Positions 39,033-48,308 of a DNA stretch of 64,000 nt are shown piece by piece. Origin of the DNA: an uncultured Bacteroides sp. (GTDB taxonomy: Bacteria; Bacteroidota; Bacteroidia; Bacteroidales; GCA-2748055). The translations under genes were made by a program, and so were the position numbers. The number at the start of each line of letters is the position of its first letter. The first letter of the stretch is position 1. Under the pieces are notes generated by a model, which saw only the letters and a program-made list of their open reading frames with translations, was not told where the DNA came from and ran no database searches. The DNA is taken from the NCBI GenBank assembly GCA_964500835.1, contig CAZCQL010000003.1:41534-105533 (forward strand). The letters run 5' to 3'.

Positions 39033-40754
39033 ATGAAGCGAATTGGACTCACTCTGATGGCCATTCTTTTAGTGGCTTTTCCAATGTTCTCTCAAATTGT
39101 ATCTATACCCGACACTGCCTTCTTATATGCTCTTATAGAAGAGGGGGTGGATACAAATGAAGATAGTCTTATAAGTCAGTTAGAAGCAGATGCAGTTATG
39201 GGATTGCACATTGGTGTAGAGCCAATACAATGGGGATTTGACCACGGGAAAATAAAAAGTTTAGCTGGCATTGAGTGGTTTAAAAACCTGACCTCCCTTA
39301 GCTGTGAGTATCATCAAATTGATAGCTTAGATCTATCTGAAAACTTGGCTTTAACCCACTTGTCTTGCTGGGGAAATTATCTAAAAAATCTTGATATTTC
39401 AAAGCATAGAAATTTGATTGATTTAGACTGCCATTATAATTTATTAACAAGTTTAGATGTTACAAAGAATATAAAATTAGTTCAATTACAATGCGGATTA
39501 AATAAACTCACTGACCTGGATGTTTCACAGAATACTTTACTAGAACTACTGGACTGCTACGATATGCCAACACTTTATCATGTGTGTATATCAGAATCAG
39601 AAATCCTGAATATTTATTCTCAGGGGAGTCCCAATATAAATATTTCTTCTAGATGTGGAGCAAACATTGTTACTATCCCCGACACTGCCTTTTTATATGC
39701 TCTCCTTGATGAAGGTGTCGATACAAATGGAGATAGTCTGATTAGTTATGCTGAAGCAGGGGTAACAATAGGATTAGGAATAGATTCCAGGGGCATATCA
39801 AATTTAACTGGTATTGAAGCATTTACCGAATTGGAGATCCTTAGATGCAATCGTAATAAATTAACTAGTTTGGATGTATCAAATAATATTGAATTAAGGA
39901 CATTATTATGTGGTTCTAACCATTTAACCAGTCTGGATATAACAAGTAATACTTTATTAGAATCTTTACATTGTGGCATATCGTGTGACCGAACAGGGTG
40001 GTGCCCACCTGGTAATCAAATAACGGCACTGGATGTTTCGAATAATACATTATTGGATTTCCTGGAATGCCGGGGTAATAAGTTGACCACATTGGATGTT
40101 TCACACAACCCTTTACTCGAAGTACTTTGGTGCAATGATAATCAAATATCTAGTTTGGATATTCCGAACAATCTTTCGCTATCTTTTTTTAGTTGTAGTA
40201 GCAATAAAATAGATAGTATTGATGTTACGAAAAACAAAGAGTTAGTTCAATTCTCATGTTATAATAATAATCTTTTCAGCCTGGATGTATCTAAGAATAC
40301 CTCATTGGAATCTTTGAAATGTGGGAATAATTATATCCATTTCATAGATCTTTCAAGTAATACCGATTTATTAAACCTAGATATAACGGATATGCCTTCT
40401 CTCAATGTATTATGTGTGAGGGAAATGCCTTTTCCACCTTCCGGAGTTAACGTTGATACAACTGGCAGCCCAAATGTTGAATTTAAAGATTGCAGCGGAA
40501 CCGGAATTGATATTTACAATCCAACAGGGCTATCAATTTACCCTAATCCAACGAAAAATCTCTTAATCATTGAAACAGACTGCACCGGGTGTCATTCCAT
40601 TGAAATCACCTCACTTAACGGTCAATTAATACTCAACACTAAGAGGGAAGGCCCCAACAACCAAATTGACCTCTCCTCCTTCGAGAAAGGAATATATTTC
40701 ATCACCATCAGGTCAAAGGATTTTGTAACAACAAGGAAGATTATCAAGATGTGA
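39033..40754 (+). CDS. Leucine-rich-repeat surface protein with T9SS type-A C-terminal sorting domain
   Basis: 573 aa with a signal peptide. It has about 20 LRRs of ~22 aa (LTSLDVSNNIELRTLLCGSNH..). An internal duplication is visible (IVSIPDTAFLYALIEEGVDTNEDSLIS vs IVTIPDTAFLYALLDEGVDTNGDSLIS). The CTD reads LSIYPNPTKNLLIIE...GIYFITIRSKDFVTTRKIIKM. GC is very low. Confidence 0.85.
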   Translation: MKRIGLTLMAILLVAFPMFSQIVSIPDTAFLYALIEEGVDTNEDSLISQLEADAVMGLHIGVEPIQWGFDHGKIKSLAGIEWFKNLTSLSCEYHQIDSLDLSENLALTHLSCWGNYLKNLDISKHRNLIDLDCHYNLLTSLDVTKNIKLVQLQCGLNKLTDLDVSQNTLLELLDCYDMPTLYHVCISESEILNIYSQGSPNINISSRCGANIVTIPDTAFLYALLDEGVDTNGDSLISYAEAGVTIGLGIDSRGISNLTGIEAFTELEILRCNRNKLTSLDVSNNIELRTLLCGSNHLTSLDITSNTLLESLHCGISCDRTGWCPPGNQITALDVSNNTLLDFLECRGNKLTTLDVSHNPLLEVLWCNDNQISSLDIPNNLSLSFFSCSSNKIDSIDVTKNKELVQFSCYNNNLFSLDVSKNTSLESLKCGNNYIHFIDLSSNTDLLNLDITDMPSLNVLCVREMPFPPSGVNVDTTGSPNVEFKDCSGTGIDIYNPTGLSIYPNPTKNLLIIETDCTGCHSIEITSLNGQLILNTKREGPNNQIDLSSFEKGIYFITIRSKDFVTTRKIIKM

Positions 40755-40832
40755 TGAGGTCAAATGACTACCCGATAGTATAATGTATTAACTCATTGAT
40801 AATAATTAACTTAACGTAAAACCACCGAAATT

Positions 40833-41804
40833 ATGAAAAAACTATTTATTGCAGCAGCCTTTATCCTGTTAACAGGAGAAGCTTTCGGGCAAAACTGGTT
40901 TAATGCTGGTAGCCATCCTAATGATTATGATATGGGAGGAGATCCAACGGTTAAACATGGTTCTGAAAATAGTGGATATATTAAGTCGATAGCATCTGAC
41001 ATAGACGGATTTGGAACATGGATGACTCAGATTGAAGCTGACAAGTATATTGGCACCCGTCTTAGATTGTCGGGGTATGTTAAATCGAATGAGGTTGAAG
41101 ATTGGGTAAGCTTATGGATGCGTGTAGATGCGGCGGACACAACAACATTGAGTTTTGACAATATGGAGGATAGACCGATCAAAGGTACAACTAAGTGGAA
41201 GAAATATGAGATTGTTTTAGATATCCCTGAAAATAGCACTGGCATATTTTACGGAATTATGTTGATTGGGAAGGGGCAAGCCTGGGTCGATGGTCTTCAA
41301 TTAGAGACGGTAAGTAATGAAATTCCAGTAACTGAATTGCCTATGATCTCCATGATGAACTATTTTGGACAAGGCAAATATTTAGCGGCTGCCGAGTCAT
41401 TTCAGACGTATTATAAAGAAGATAATCCTTATGGACCATATTATATATATGAGCATCTTTTATATTTCATTTCTCTTTATCGTGCAGGTGAGATTAGTAA
41501 AGCACAGAGTCACATTTCTGAATTTTCAAATTCGCTCAAAGATGACACATGGGCTGCGCCTGTCGCTCATTTTTATGCGGGAAAAATTACTGAGGATGCT
41601 GTTTTAAAAGCTGCTGAGAACGAAGATGGTAAAAAGGATATAGAACAGAAATGTGAAGCTTACTACTATATAGGAATGATGTATACTTTAAAGGATAACT
41701 TATCAAAAGCTAAGGACTATTTCGAAAAATGTGTGGCCACGGATGTTAAATATTTCGGAGAGTATAATTATGCTAAAGCAGAGCTGGAGCGAATTAATGA
41801 ATAA
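40833..41804 (+). CDS. Secreted hypothetical protein: N-terminal jelly-roll-like domain + C-terminal TPR-like helices
   Basis: 323 aa with a signal peptide. Carries YIGTRLRLSGYVKSNEVEDWVSLWMRVD...FDNMEDRPIKGTTKWKKYEIVLDIP, then helical repeats (EAYYYIGMMYTLKDNLSKAKDYFEK). Confidence 0.7.
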   Translation: MKKLFIAAAFILLTGEAFGQNWFNAGSHPNDYDMGGDPTVKHGSENSGYIKSIASDIDGFGTWMTQIEADKYIGTRLRLSGYVKSNEVEDWVSLWMRVDAADTTTLSFDNMEDRPIKGTTKWKKYEIVLDIPENSTGIFYGIMLIGKGQAWVDGLQLETVSNEIPVTELPMISMMNYFGQGKYLAAAESFQTYYKEDNPYGPYYIYEHLLYFISLYRAGEISKAQSHISEFSNSLKDDTWAAPVAHFYAGKITEDAVLKAAENEDGKKDIEQKCEAYYYIGMMYTLKDNLSKAKDYFEKCVATDVKYFGEYNYAKAELERINE

Positions 41805-41852
41805 ATTAATACTTCTATCAAATCAGATTAGTAAATTACTTCTAAGAAGTAA

Positions 41853-41883
41853 CACCTCTTCGTTTAGAAGCGTGGTTTTTTTC
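41853..41883 (+). terminator. Candidate terminator after 40833-41804
   Basis: cac-ct-cttc gttta gaag-c-gtg is followed by g + ttttttt. Confidence 0.5.
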
Positions 41884-42127
41884 TTCTACAAGTAGGAATG
41901 AAATTTTCATAAGGTAGATTAGTAGTCCCTTACCCCCCCGGTTCACGCTGGGGGTTTTCTTTGTTATTTTAGGTCAAGACGGCCTCAATACAAGCCTATT
42001 TCTGGCGTTTCTCGGATCGGGAGAGGCAGGATACCAGCGAAGTGGTTAAGATCCATTGTTGGTGAAATTGTTGGTGATATTATGAAAAAGCAGCTACGCC
42101 ACTTTTGACATAACTGCTTTATTTTCA

Positions 42128-42239
42128 AAGTAGTGAGAGGGAGAGTTGCTCCGCCTTGCAGGCGTCGCGAGTCTTAAGGGGGTGCTTTACAATCCAAAAG
42201 CCTTTTGCTCGCTTTGCTCTCAAAGTCCTATTTCCGTTC
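42128..42239 (-). repeat. ~110-nt repeat copy 2: tRNA-Met 3'-end match (42130-42144, one C>T) plus the conserved arm
   Basis: gtagTgagagggaga followed by gttgctccgccttgcaggcgtcgcgagt.. as in copy 1. Confidence 0.85.
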
Positions 42240-42271
42240 TGACCTTACAAAAGCAAGCTTTTGACGGCCGA

Positions 42272-42310
42272 AACGAAAAAAGCCCTTCAGACTGCGTCTG
42301 TTGGGCTTTC
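42272..42310 (-). terminator. Rho-independent terminator of the tRNA-Met gene
   Basis: The minus sense reads aagccc-aa-cagac-gca-gtctg-aa-gggctt followed by ttttcgttt. Confidence 0.75.
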
Positions 42311-42314
42311 TTTG

Positions 42315-42388
42315 TAGCGAGAGGGAGACTTGAACTCCCGACCTCATGATTATGAATCATGCGCTCTAACCACCTGAGCTACCTCGCC
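42315..42388 (-). tRNA. tRNA-Met (anticodon CAU); could instead be a lysidine-modified tRNA-Ile2
   Basis: The 74-nt cloverleaf was folded by hand: GGCGAGG-TA-GCTC-AGGTGGTTA-GAGC-G-CATGA-TTCATAA-TCATG-AGGTC-GGGAG-TTCAAGT-CTCCC-TCTCGCT-A. The acceptor stem has G1-U72 and G7-U66 wobbles. CCA is not encoded. It is not initiator-like (no 3x G-C in the anticodon stem). Confidence 0.88.
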
Positions 42389-42459
42389 ATCAATAAATTC
42401 CGGTGTAAATTTTACGCAGGAGAGCGCATTTAACCAGCACCGATTTTTATAAATTCAGC

Positions 42460-42467
42460 GCAAATAT
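42460..42467 (-). promoter_or_regulatory. -7 box candidate (TATATTTG on the minus strand) upstream of tRNA-Met
   Basis: The plus strand reads CAAATATA, ~72 nt upstream of the tRNA 5' end. Confidence 0.3.
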
Positions 42468-42557
42468 AGGTTTTTTAATCAAATAAAACCTGGGAAATTG
42501 GGAAGGGTATCTAGATATTCCTGCCAGTCAGGTCTCCCGTATCTGCTACTACAAAAC

Positions 42558-42734
42558 TCAGCTATCTTTGGTAAAGGGTATTTGCATCTTAATTGTACGC
42601 GTTGATCCATCGGTGCTAATCTCCCAAATGCCACTAATATGTTCCCCATCGGTTAGATTCTCGCAGGATGAGGAAATGATTAGTATTACCCCAAAAGTTA
42701 GGAGTAGAATTGATCGGGCCGTAAATTTTTTCAT
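42558..42734 (-). CDS. 58-aa putative lipoprotein
   Basis: Below the ORF-track length cut-off. Reads MKKFTARSILLLTFGVILIISSSC (lipobox) then ENLTDGEHISGIWEISTDGSTRTIKMQIPFTKDS. Preferred over the antisense 61-aa track ORF. Confidence 0.35.
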   Translation of the reverse strand: MKKFTARSILLLTFGVILIISSSCENLTDGEHISGIWEISTDGSTRTIKMQIPFTKDS

Positions 42735-42968
42735 AGGATTGCTGATTAGATGAGAACGCTGTTAATTATTGAGAATGTCAGGTAATTGATTGAACTGCCC
42801 TCAAATTCTTCACTTTTATGTTTCTTTTAACACATTAAGTAGTAAGCCCTTGTTTCGAAGTAATTAAGCTATCGGTCATATTTTTCAAGGAATAAAGCCA
42901 CACTCCGGCCCCTTTAACATGTCGTGCATTTTCTTTATATTACGATTTATTGATTTGAGAGGAGGGCT

Positions 42969-44906
42969 ATGGATGGTGATTTGAGTGTAGTGATGCAGGT
43001 AATTGTCTATCTGGGTGCTTTTGCTATCGTGGCTGTAGCATCCGGAAGAATTGCGGGAATGTTTCAGCGGTTGAAGCTGCCCCTGATTACCGGATTTCTT
43101 GTGATAGGAATGGTATCCGGACCCGAACTTCTGGGATTGATCGATGCCGAGGCCCTCTCAAGACTCAATTTTCTAAATGATATTTCGTTGGCTTTCATCG
43201 CTTTTGCTGTAGGTTCCGAGCTTTATTTAAAAGAGCTGCGAAGCAGAATGAAGAGCATTATCTCCATGACAATCACGCAGGTAATTGTCACTTTTTTACT
43301 CGTTAGCCTGGCAGTGTATCTTCTTTCAGGAGTGATTCCTTTTTTTGGAGGGATGAAACTTGCGGCTAAAGTTGCCATTTCGATGCTTGCAGGTACCATT
43401 GCCATTGCCCGGTCCCCGGCATCGGCCATTGCGATTATCAATGAACTTCGTGCAAGAGGGCCGTTTACCCAAACAGCTATAGGAGTTACGGTGGTCAAGG
43501 ATTTCGGAGTAATTGTCTTTTTTGCTATAATATTTACGCTGTCAAAATCTCTGATTCAGGATACTGAATTCAGATTGGTATTTCTTCTACAGGTATTCAT
43601 AGAATTACTGATTGCGTTTGGTATGGGATTTCTGGTCTGGATCCTGCTCAAGCTCATCCTATCCATTAAAGGGGTCCATGTGATTAAGAGTTTACTGGTT
43701 TTACTAATGGGCCTCCTGGTGTATTTGTTTACCCACATTACCGGAAATCACTCAAACAGGTATATGGGATTTGAATTGCATATTGAACCTTTATTAATTT
43801 GTATAATCGGTAGTTTCCTGGTAACTAATTTCACTGTCTATAGAAATGATTTTGTCAAGATCATTAAAGAAGTTGGGCCCTTTGTATACATCGTTTTTTT
43901 CACACTCACAGGGGCAATGATCTCCCTCGAAGTGGTAGCGGCATTGTGGTTCATTACTCTGATTCTGTTTGGAACCAGGATTTTATCTCTCTTCCTCGCG
44001 GGGTATTTGGGCAGCGCCATATCGGGTGACCCCAGGCTTTACAGAAGGACCTCATGGTTGCCCTATGTTACCCAGGCAGGGGTGGGGGTCGGACTGGCGA
44101 CAATCATCGCAACAGAATATGAAGGGTGGGGAGGGCAATTTGCAACAATTATGATCTCTGTAATTGTGCTTAACCAGTTAGTCGGGCCCCCTTTATTTAA
44201 ATGGGCATTGCATTTGGTCGGAGAGGTACATGTAAAATCGGATGGATCTTATGAGGTGGAAAGGAAGGTCCTGATCTTTGGGTGGGAGAACCAGTCAATC
44301 GCATTGGCGAATCAGTTACAGAAACAGAACTGGAATGTTGAATTTGTTGTCAGCAATCCTTCCGTGGATATTCTTGGGAACAAAGAGTTTGTGGTTCATG
44401 AGTTTCAGGGGGCCGATCATCTTTCAATGAGGAAATTTAATGGAGAAACAGCCGATACTATTGTTTGCCTGCTCTCTGATGAGGAGAATTATGCCATTTG
44501 CGAAACTGCCTATGAACACTTTGGAACAAAGCATTTGATCGTTCGATTGAACGATAGAGAGTTTTACCGGAAATTTCATAAGCTCGATGTGATGGTCATG
44601 CATCCCACCACGGCCATGGTTTCCCTGCTCGAACATTTTATAAGGGCGCCTATCGCCACCTCGCTGTTATTAGGCATGGACGAAACACAGGATTCTATCG
44701 ATATAGAATTACGCAATTCTGACTTCCATGGTCTGACACTGCGGGACCTGAGATTGCCATCAGATGTAATCATTCTTTCGGTCTCCAGGGGAGACCATCC
44801 CATTATCTCTCACGGATATACCCGGTTGCGCCTTGGCGATGTCGTGACCATGGTTGGTTCCAATGCCAGCCTCGACAAAGTTCGCCTGAACATTCAGGGG
44901 TATTAA
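42969..44906 (+). CDS. CPA2 (Kef-type) cation:proton antiporter with C-terminal RCK/TrkA domains
   Basis: 645 aa with about 12 TM helices (LPLITGFLVIGMVSGPELLGLI). A soluble tail follows, with TrkA_N-like (VLIFGWENQSIALANQL) and TrkA_C-like (LRDLRLPSDVIILSVSRGDH) segments. Confidence 0.85.
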   Translation: MDGDLSVVMQVIVYLGAFAIVAVASGRIAGMFQRLKLPLITGFLVIGMVSGPELLGLIDAEALSRLNFLNDISLAFIAFAVGSELYLKELRSRMKSIISMTITQVIVTFLLVSLAVYLLSGVIPFFGGMKLAAKVAISMLAGTIAIARSPASAIAIINELRARGPFTQTAIGVTVVKDFGVIVFFAIIFTLSKSLIQDTEFRLVFLLQVFIELLIAFGMGFLVWILLKLILSIKGVHVIKSLLVLLMGLLVYLFTHITGNHSNRYMGFELHIEPLLICIIGSFLVTNFTVYRNDFVKIIKEVGPFVYIVFFTLTGAMISLEVVAALWFITLILFGTRILSLFLAGYLGSAISGDPRLYRRTSWLPYVTQAGVGVGLATIIATEYEGWGGQFATIMISVIVLNQLVGPPLFKWALHLVGEVHVKSDGSYEVERKVLIFGWENQSIALANQLQKQNWNVEFVVSNPSVDILGNKEFVVHEFQGADHLSMRKFNGETADTIVCLLSDEENYAICETAYEHFGTKHLIVRLNDREFYRKFHKLDVMVMHPTTAMVSLLEHFIRAPIATSLLLGMDETQDSIDIELRNSDFHGLTLRDLRLPSDVIILSVSRGDHPIISHGYTRLRLGDVVTMVGSNASLDKVRLNIQGY

Positions 44907-44924
44907 ACGGCAAGGCATGTTAAT

Positions 44925-45290
44925 CTAATCTAATTCACTTACCTGGTAGTTTGTCGTCTCAAGCCAGTCGGGATGGATCGTAACACCCCAACCAGGTGCG
45001 GAGGGAAGCTGCAGAACACCCCCTTCGATCTCAAATTGTGGAGCATACATGGCCCTGGCTTCTCTGTTGATTCCATCTTCAAATTCGATGGAGTATTCCA
45101 GGTATTTACCGGGATTCGGAATAGCCCTCATCAGATGCAGGGTAAACAAGGTGACCATTCCATGATTGGCGGGATCTTTCCCAAGTACCCTGTGAGCAAG
45201 GTTCCTGTGTAGAATGGTGGCAGCAATATCCGAATTATAGGTTGAAATTTGTCCCCATCCGGATTGTCCGTTATCGGTTGTCACCCTCAC
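44925..45290 (-). pseudogene. Enolase-superfamily (mandelate racemase/muconate lactonizing) gene remnant with the whole barrel deleted
   Basis: ..NIAVVRVTTDNGQSGWGQ..LGKDP (N-terminal capping domain) is joined directly to ..PNPGKYLEYS..GGVLQLPSAPGWGVTIHPDWL (extreme C-terminus). There is no in-frame start upstream: the frame is open without ATG, and the track's 'M' is a GTG. Confidence 0.6.
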
Positions 45291-45608
45291 TACAGCAATA
45301 TTCTGTTTTGAGAAATAATCTGGGTTTCTATGGTTTAAAGTTTTGTGATCATATGATTAATCAATATCATGTGCGTATCATTTTATTTGGTGTAAGGTTA
45401 GCTTAAACCGGCAAGGGAACCAGATACCAATTTACTGAATCGATAGTACATCGGAGGGTTTTCCTTTGGAAATTGCGAACTTTTGGTACTTTAATTGGTT
45501 CTTACCTAGATGGATTTTCACCTTTCAAGAGAGATCACGTTTGGCCCAGGGCATGGAAAGCACCCCCTGGGGAATAGAGAGGATCAGTTGAGTCATGGAA
45601 AGCCTCGC

Positions 45609-46160
45609 ATGAGATGGGAATTGAAAAAGGTTGTTCTGTTCCTGTGCGCTTCGATGCTGCTCTCCTCCTGCAATCTGAAGTATGATTCGGATATACTTGA
45701 TCTTGCTTTTTACCAGTGGAACCAGTGGAAAGATACGGAGGCTTTGTATAAAAAGGAATCCCTGAACACTCAAAGTACAGAACTTTCCCAAAACGTTCCA
45801 AATCCCCCCTCCTGCGGATGGGATGTACTCCATAGGGGGAATGGGAAGCTTGTGAGGATACCTGCCAGTCTTGAGGGCTATTCAGGAGTTTCCTGGTACC
45901 ATTGCCGGTTTACCCTGCCCGAGTTATGGGATAAGAAACAGATTGCACTCATGTTTGATGACGGGGGGCCAAAGGTCGAGGTGTATCTTAATGAAACCTT
46001 GGTGGGTTTTCACCAGGGAAATCATGCTCCTTTTGAAATTGATGTTACTGGCAAAATCTACTATACCCGGGACAATCACCTGGCCATCAGGATAACGGAT
46101 CCGGATGCTACGGGGGGTATTGGAATCATTACGGTGAAGTCCGGTGAGCCTTTACCCTAA
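45609..46160 (+). CDS. Lipoprotein consisting only of a GH2-type N-terminal sugar-binding domain (probable truncated glycosidase)
   Basis: The start is chosen at MRWELKKVVLFLCASMLLSSC (lipobox). It carries VSWYHCRFTLPELWDKKQIALMFDDGGPKVEVYLNETLVGFHQGNHAPFEIDVT..NHLAIRI. It ends 183 aa in and overlaps the dhaL 3' end by 9 nt. Confidence 0.5.
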   Translation: MRWELKKVVLFLCASMLLSSCNLKYDSDILDLAFYQWNQWKDTEALYKKESLNTQSTELSQNVPNPPSCGWDVLHRGNGKLVRIPASLEGYSGVSWYHCRFTLPELWDKKQIALMFDDGGPKVEVYLNETLVGFHQGNHAPFEIDVTGKIYYTRDNHLAIRITDPDATGGIGIITVKSGEPLP

Positions 46161-46799
46161 CAATTCAATAATCGTATCGGCCATAACTCCCAGCAACAAT
46201 GCACACGAAGCAGCCCCTGCATCGATCACTCCCCTGGAGCGTTCGCCCAGCCGGCTGGAACGGCCTAACTTTGCCACCATATCCCCGGTAGCGTCACGTC
46301 CTGATTCTGCGGCGGCCTTCATGGCCCACAGAGCTTCCTTGAATTCTTTTCCTTCGCCGAACGATTGGGTGAAAGCATCAATGGCAGGATAGAGTGCATC
46401 CACCAGGGTCTTATCTCCGACTTTTGCGGGGGACAAACTTCCCATACTTGCTTTCATGGCTATCAGTGCTTCACCGAACAACCGGGCATCCACGCGGTCC
46501 TGGCCCGACAGGACTTTCCCCAGGGCTTTAAAGGTTTTGCCGTAGAGGGGTCCCATGGAACCACCAATCCGCATCATTAAGATTTTAGCAAGAAGTAAGA
46601 TACCATGGGAGAAATCTCCCGGTTCCTTCTCCAGGGCTTCATGTGCCAACACAAATCCCTTATTCATGTTAATACCGTGGTCGCCATCTCCAATGGCACC
46701 ATCAATATCACTCAGGTATTGTTTGTTTTCCTGAATGGATTTGACCATGCGGTCGATAATGACCGATCCTTCCAAATTACTAAATGAACTCATAGACAT
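46152..46799 (-). CDS. dhaL: Dihydroxyacetone-kinase family, ADP-binding subunit DhaL
   Basis: 215 aa with LSDIDGAIGDGDHGINMNKGF and an all-helical remainder. Confidence 0.9.
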   Translation of the reverse strand: MSMSSFSNLEGSVIIDRMVKSIQENKQYLSDIDGAIGDGDHGINMNKGFVLAHEALEKEPGDFSHGILLLAKILMMRIGGSMGPLYGKTFKALGKVLSGQDRVDARLFGEALIAMKASMGSLSPAKVGDKTLVDALYPAIDAFTQSFGEGKEFKEALWAMKAAAESGRDATGDMVAKLGRSSRLGERSRGVIDAGAASCALLLGVMADTIIELLG

Positions 46800-46811
46800 A
46801 ATTGCTGTGCG

Positions 46812-47819
46812 TTACCCTCGCTGAAACTGGCGCAAGCCGACTGAGTCGGCCTCATAATCGATGCATTGCTTCAACTCCTCGTCCAGCCTGAGTAAACTGA
46901 GCGTGGCACCGGCCATTTCAAGTGAGGTAAAATAGTTGCCCACATAGGATAGATAGACAATGAGTCCTTGCGCTTCAAGCAAGTTTAAAATGTCTCTGTA
47001 CAAGATATAGAGCTCCATTACAGGAGTTGAGCCCAGTCCCGATACCAGGACAACCACTTCGTCTCCCGGTCTAAAGGGCAGATCGGGTATCACCACGTCA
47101 ATCATTCTCCTGGCTACAAGGAAGGAACTCTCAAGCCTGGCAATCTCAATTCCCGGTTCACCGTGATGCCCGATGCCCACTTCCATATTTCCGGGTTCCA
47201 CTTTAAAATTAGGATGGCCCACTTCTGGAATGGTACATCCACTTAAGCCCACACCGATACTGCGTGTATTATCAATGGCCTTTTGTGCAGCAGCAATAAC
47301 CTCATCAAGGGAAGCTCCCATTGCCGCTTTTGCACCGCCAACCTTCCACATTAGAATTTCCCCGGCCACACCTCGCCGCTTTTCTTTTTCAGAGTTTGAA
47401 GCGGATGGGACATCATCATTGGCGACCACTTTTTTAACTTCAATTCCCTCATCCTCCGCCTCTTCAATGGCCATGTCCACATTCATGTTGTCCCCGGCGT
47501 AGTTCCCGTAAAGGATGGCAACCCCCTTGCCACCGTTGGCAGCTTTTATGGCATCAAAAAACATCTGCGCCGGAGGAGAAGTAAAGATTTCACCCACAGC
47601 CGCTGCGTCGCACATATTTTTACCTATATAGCCTATAAATGCAGGTTTATGGCCCGACCCGCCACCAGTCACAATGCCAACTTTCCCTTCTACCGGGGCA
47701 TTAATATATTTTAAAACTCTGTCATTTTCCGTATTGCTGATAAGGTCTTTATGGGCTTTCACATATCCCACCAACATTTCATCCACCACCTGGGAGGGCT
47801 CATTGATAAACTTTTGCAT
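46812..47819 (-). CDS. dhaK: Dihydroxyacetone-kinase family, substrate-binding subunit DhaK
   Basis: 335 aa with VGIVTGGGSGHKPAF and YGNYAGDNMN. GHHGEPG contains the hemiaminal His. Confidence 0.9.
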   Translation of the reverse strand: MQKFINEPSQVVDEMLVGYVKAHKDLISNTENDRVLKYINAPVEGKVGIVTGGGSGHKPAFIGYIGKNMCDAAAVGEIFTSPPAQMFFDAIKAANGGKGVAILYGNYAGDNMNVDMAIEEAEDEGIEVKKVVANDDVPSASNSEKEKRRGVAGEILMWKVGGAKAAMGASLDEVIAAAQKAIDNTRSIGVGLSGCTIPEVGHPNFKVEPGNMEVGIGHHGEPGIEIARLESSFLVARRMIDVVIPDLPFRPGDEVVVLVSGLGSTPVMELYILYRDILNLLEAQGLIVYLSYVGNYFTSLEMAGATLSLLRLDEELKQCIDYEADSVGLRQFQRG

Positions 47820-47825
47820 GGAGTT

Positions 47826-48281
47826 TTATTTTTTAAACGATTCCTTTTCAAGATTGCGCATGGTATCCACCTTGGGGGCCGACCGGCCGCCCTGGTATTC
47901 CGAATTCAACCACGCATCGACAATGGTTTTTGCCAGCTCATCCCCAACTACCCTGGCACCCATGGTAAGTACCTGGGCATTGTTGCTGGCCCTGAGTCGT
48001 TCAGCTGAATAGACATCGTGGCAAACACCTGCGAAAACTCCTTCTACCTTGTTGGCGATCATTGCCATTCCAAGCCCGGTTCCACAAATTAAAATGGCCC
48101 GGTCCAGTTTTTCGTCCCTGACCTTTATAGCCAGGTTATAACCTACTTCAGGGTATGTGGCACCTGAATTTGTCCCGTTGAAATTCAGGTCTTCTACTTC
48201 AATTCCTTTGCCTGTCAGGTGATCGGTTATTACCTTCTTCAGTCCGAATGCAGCATCATCCGAATCAATTACAATTTTCAT
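47826..48281 (-). CDS. rpiB: RpiB/LacA/LacB-family sugar-phosphate isomerase
   Basis: 151 aa with MKIVIDSDDAAFGLK, ILICGTGLGMAMIANK (catalytic Cys) and NNAQVLTMGARV. Confidence 0.88.
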   Translation of the reverse strand: MKIVIDSDDAAFGLKKVITDHLTGKGIEVEDLNFNGTNSGATYPEVGYNLAIKVRDEKLDRAILICGTGLGMAMIANKVEGVFAGVCHDVYSAERLRASNNAQVLTMGARVVGDELAKTIVDAWLNSEYQGGRSAPKVDTMRNLEKESFKK

Positions 48282-48308
48282 ACTTTTCTTTTATTGTGTT
48301 TCCATTTA

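Noticed and set aside
42568-42753. Track ORF of 61 aa on the plus strand.
   Set aside because: The opposite strand encodes a 58-aa ORF with a proper signal peptide and lipobox (42558-42734). The plus-strand ORF has no supporting features.
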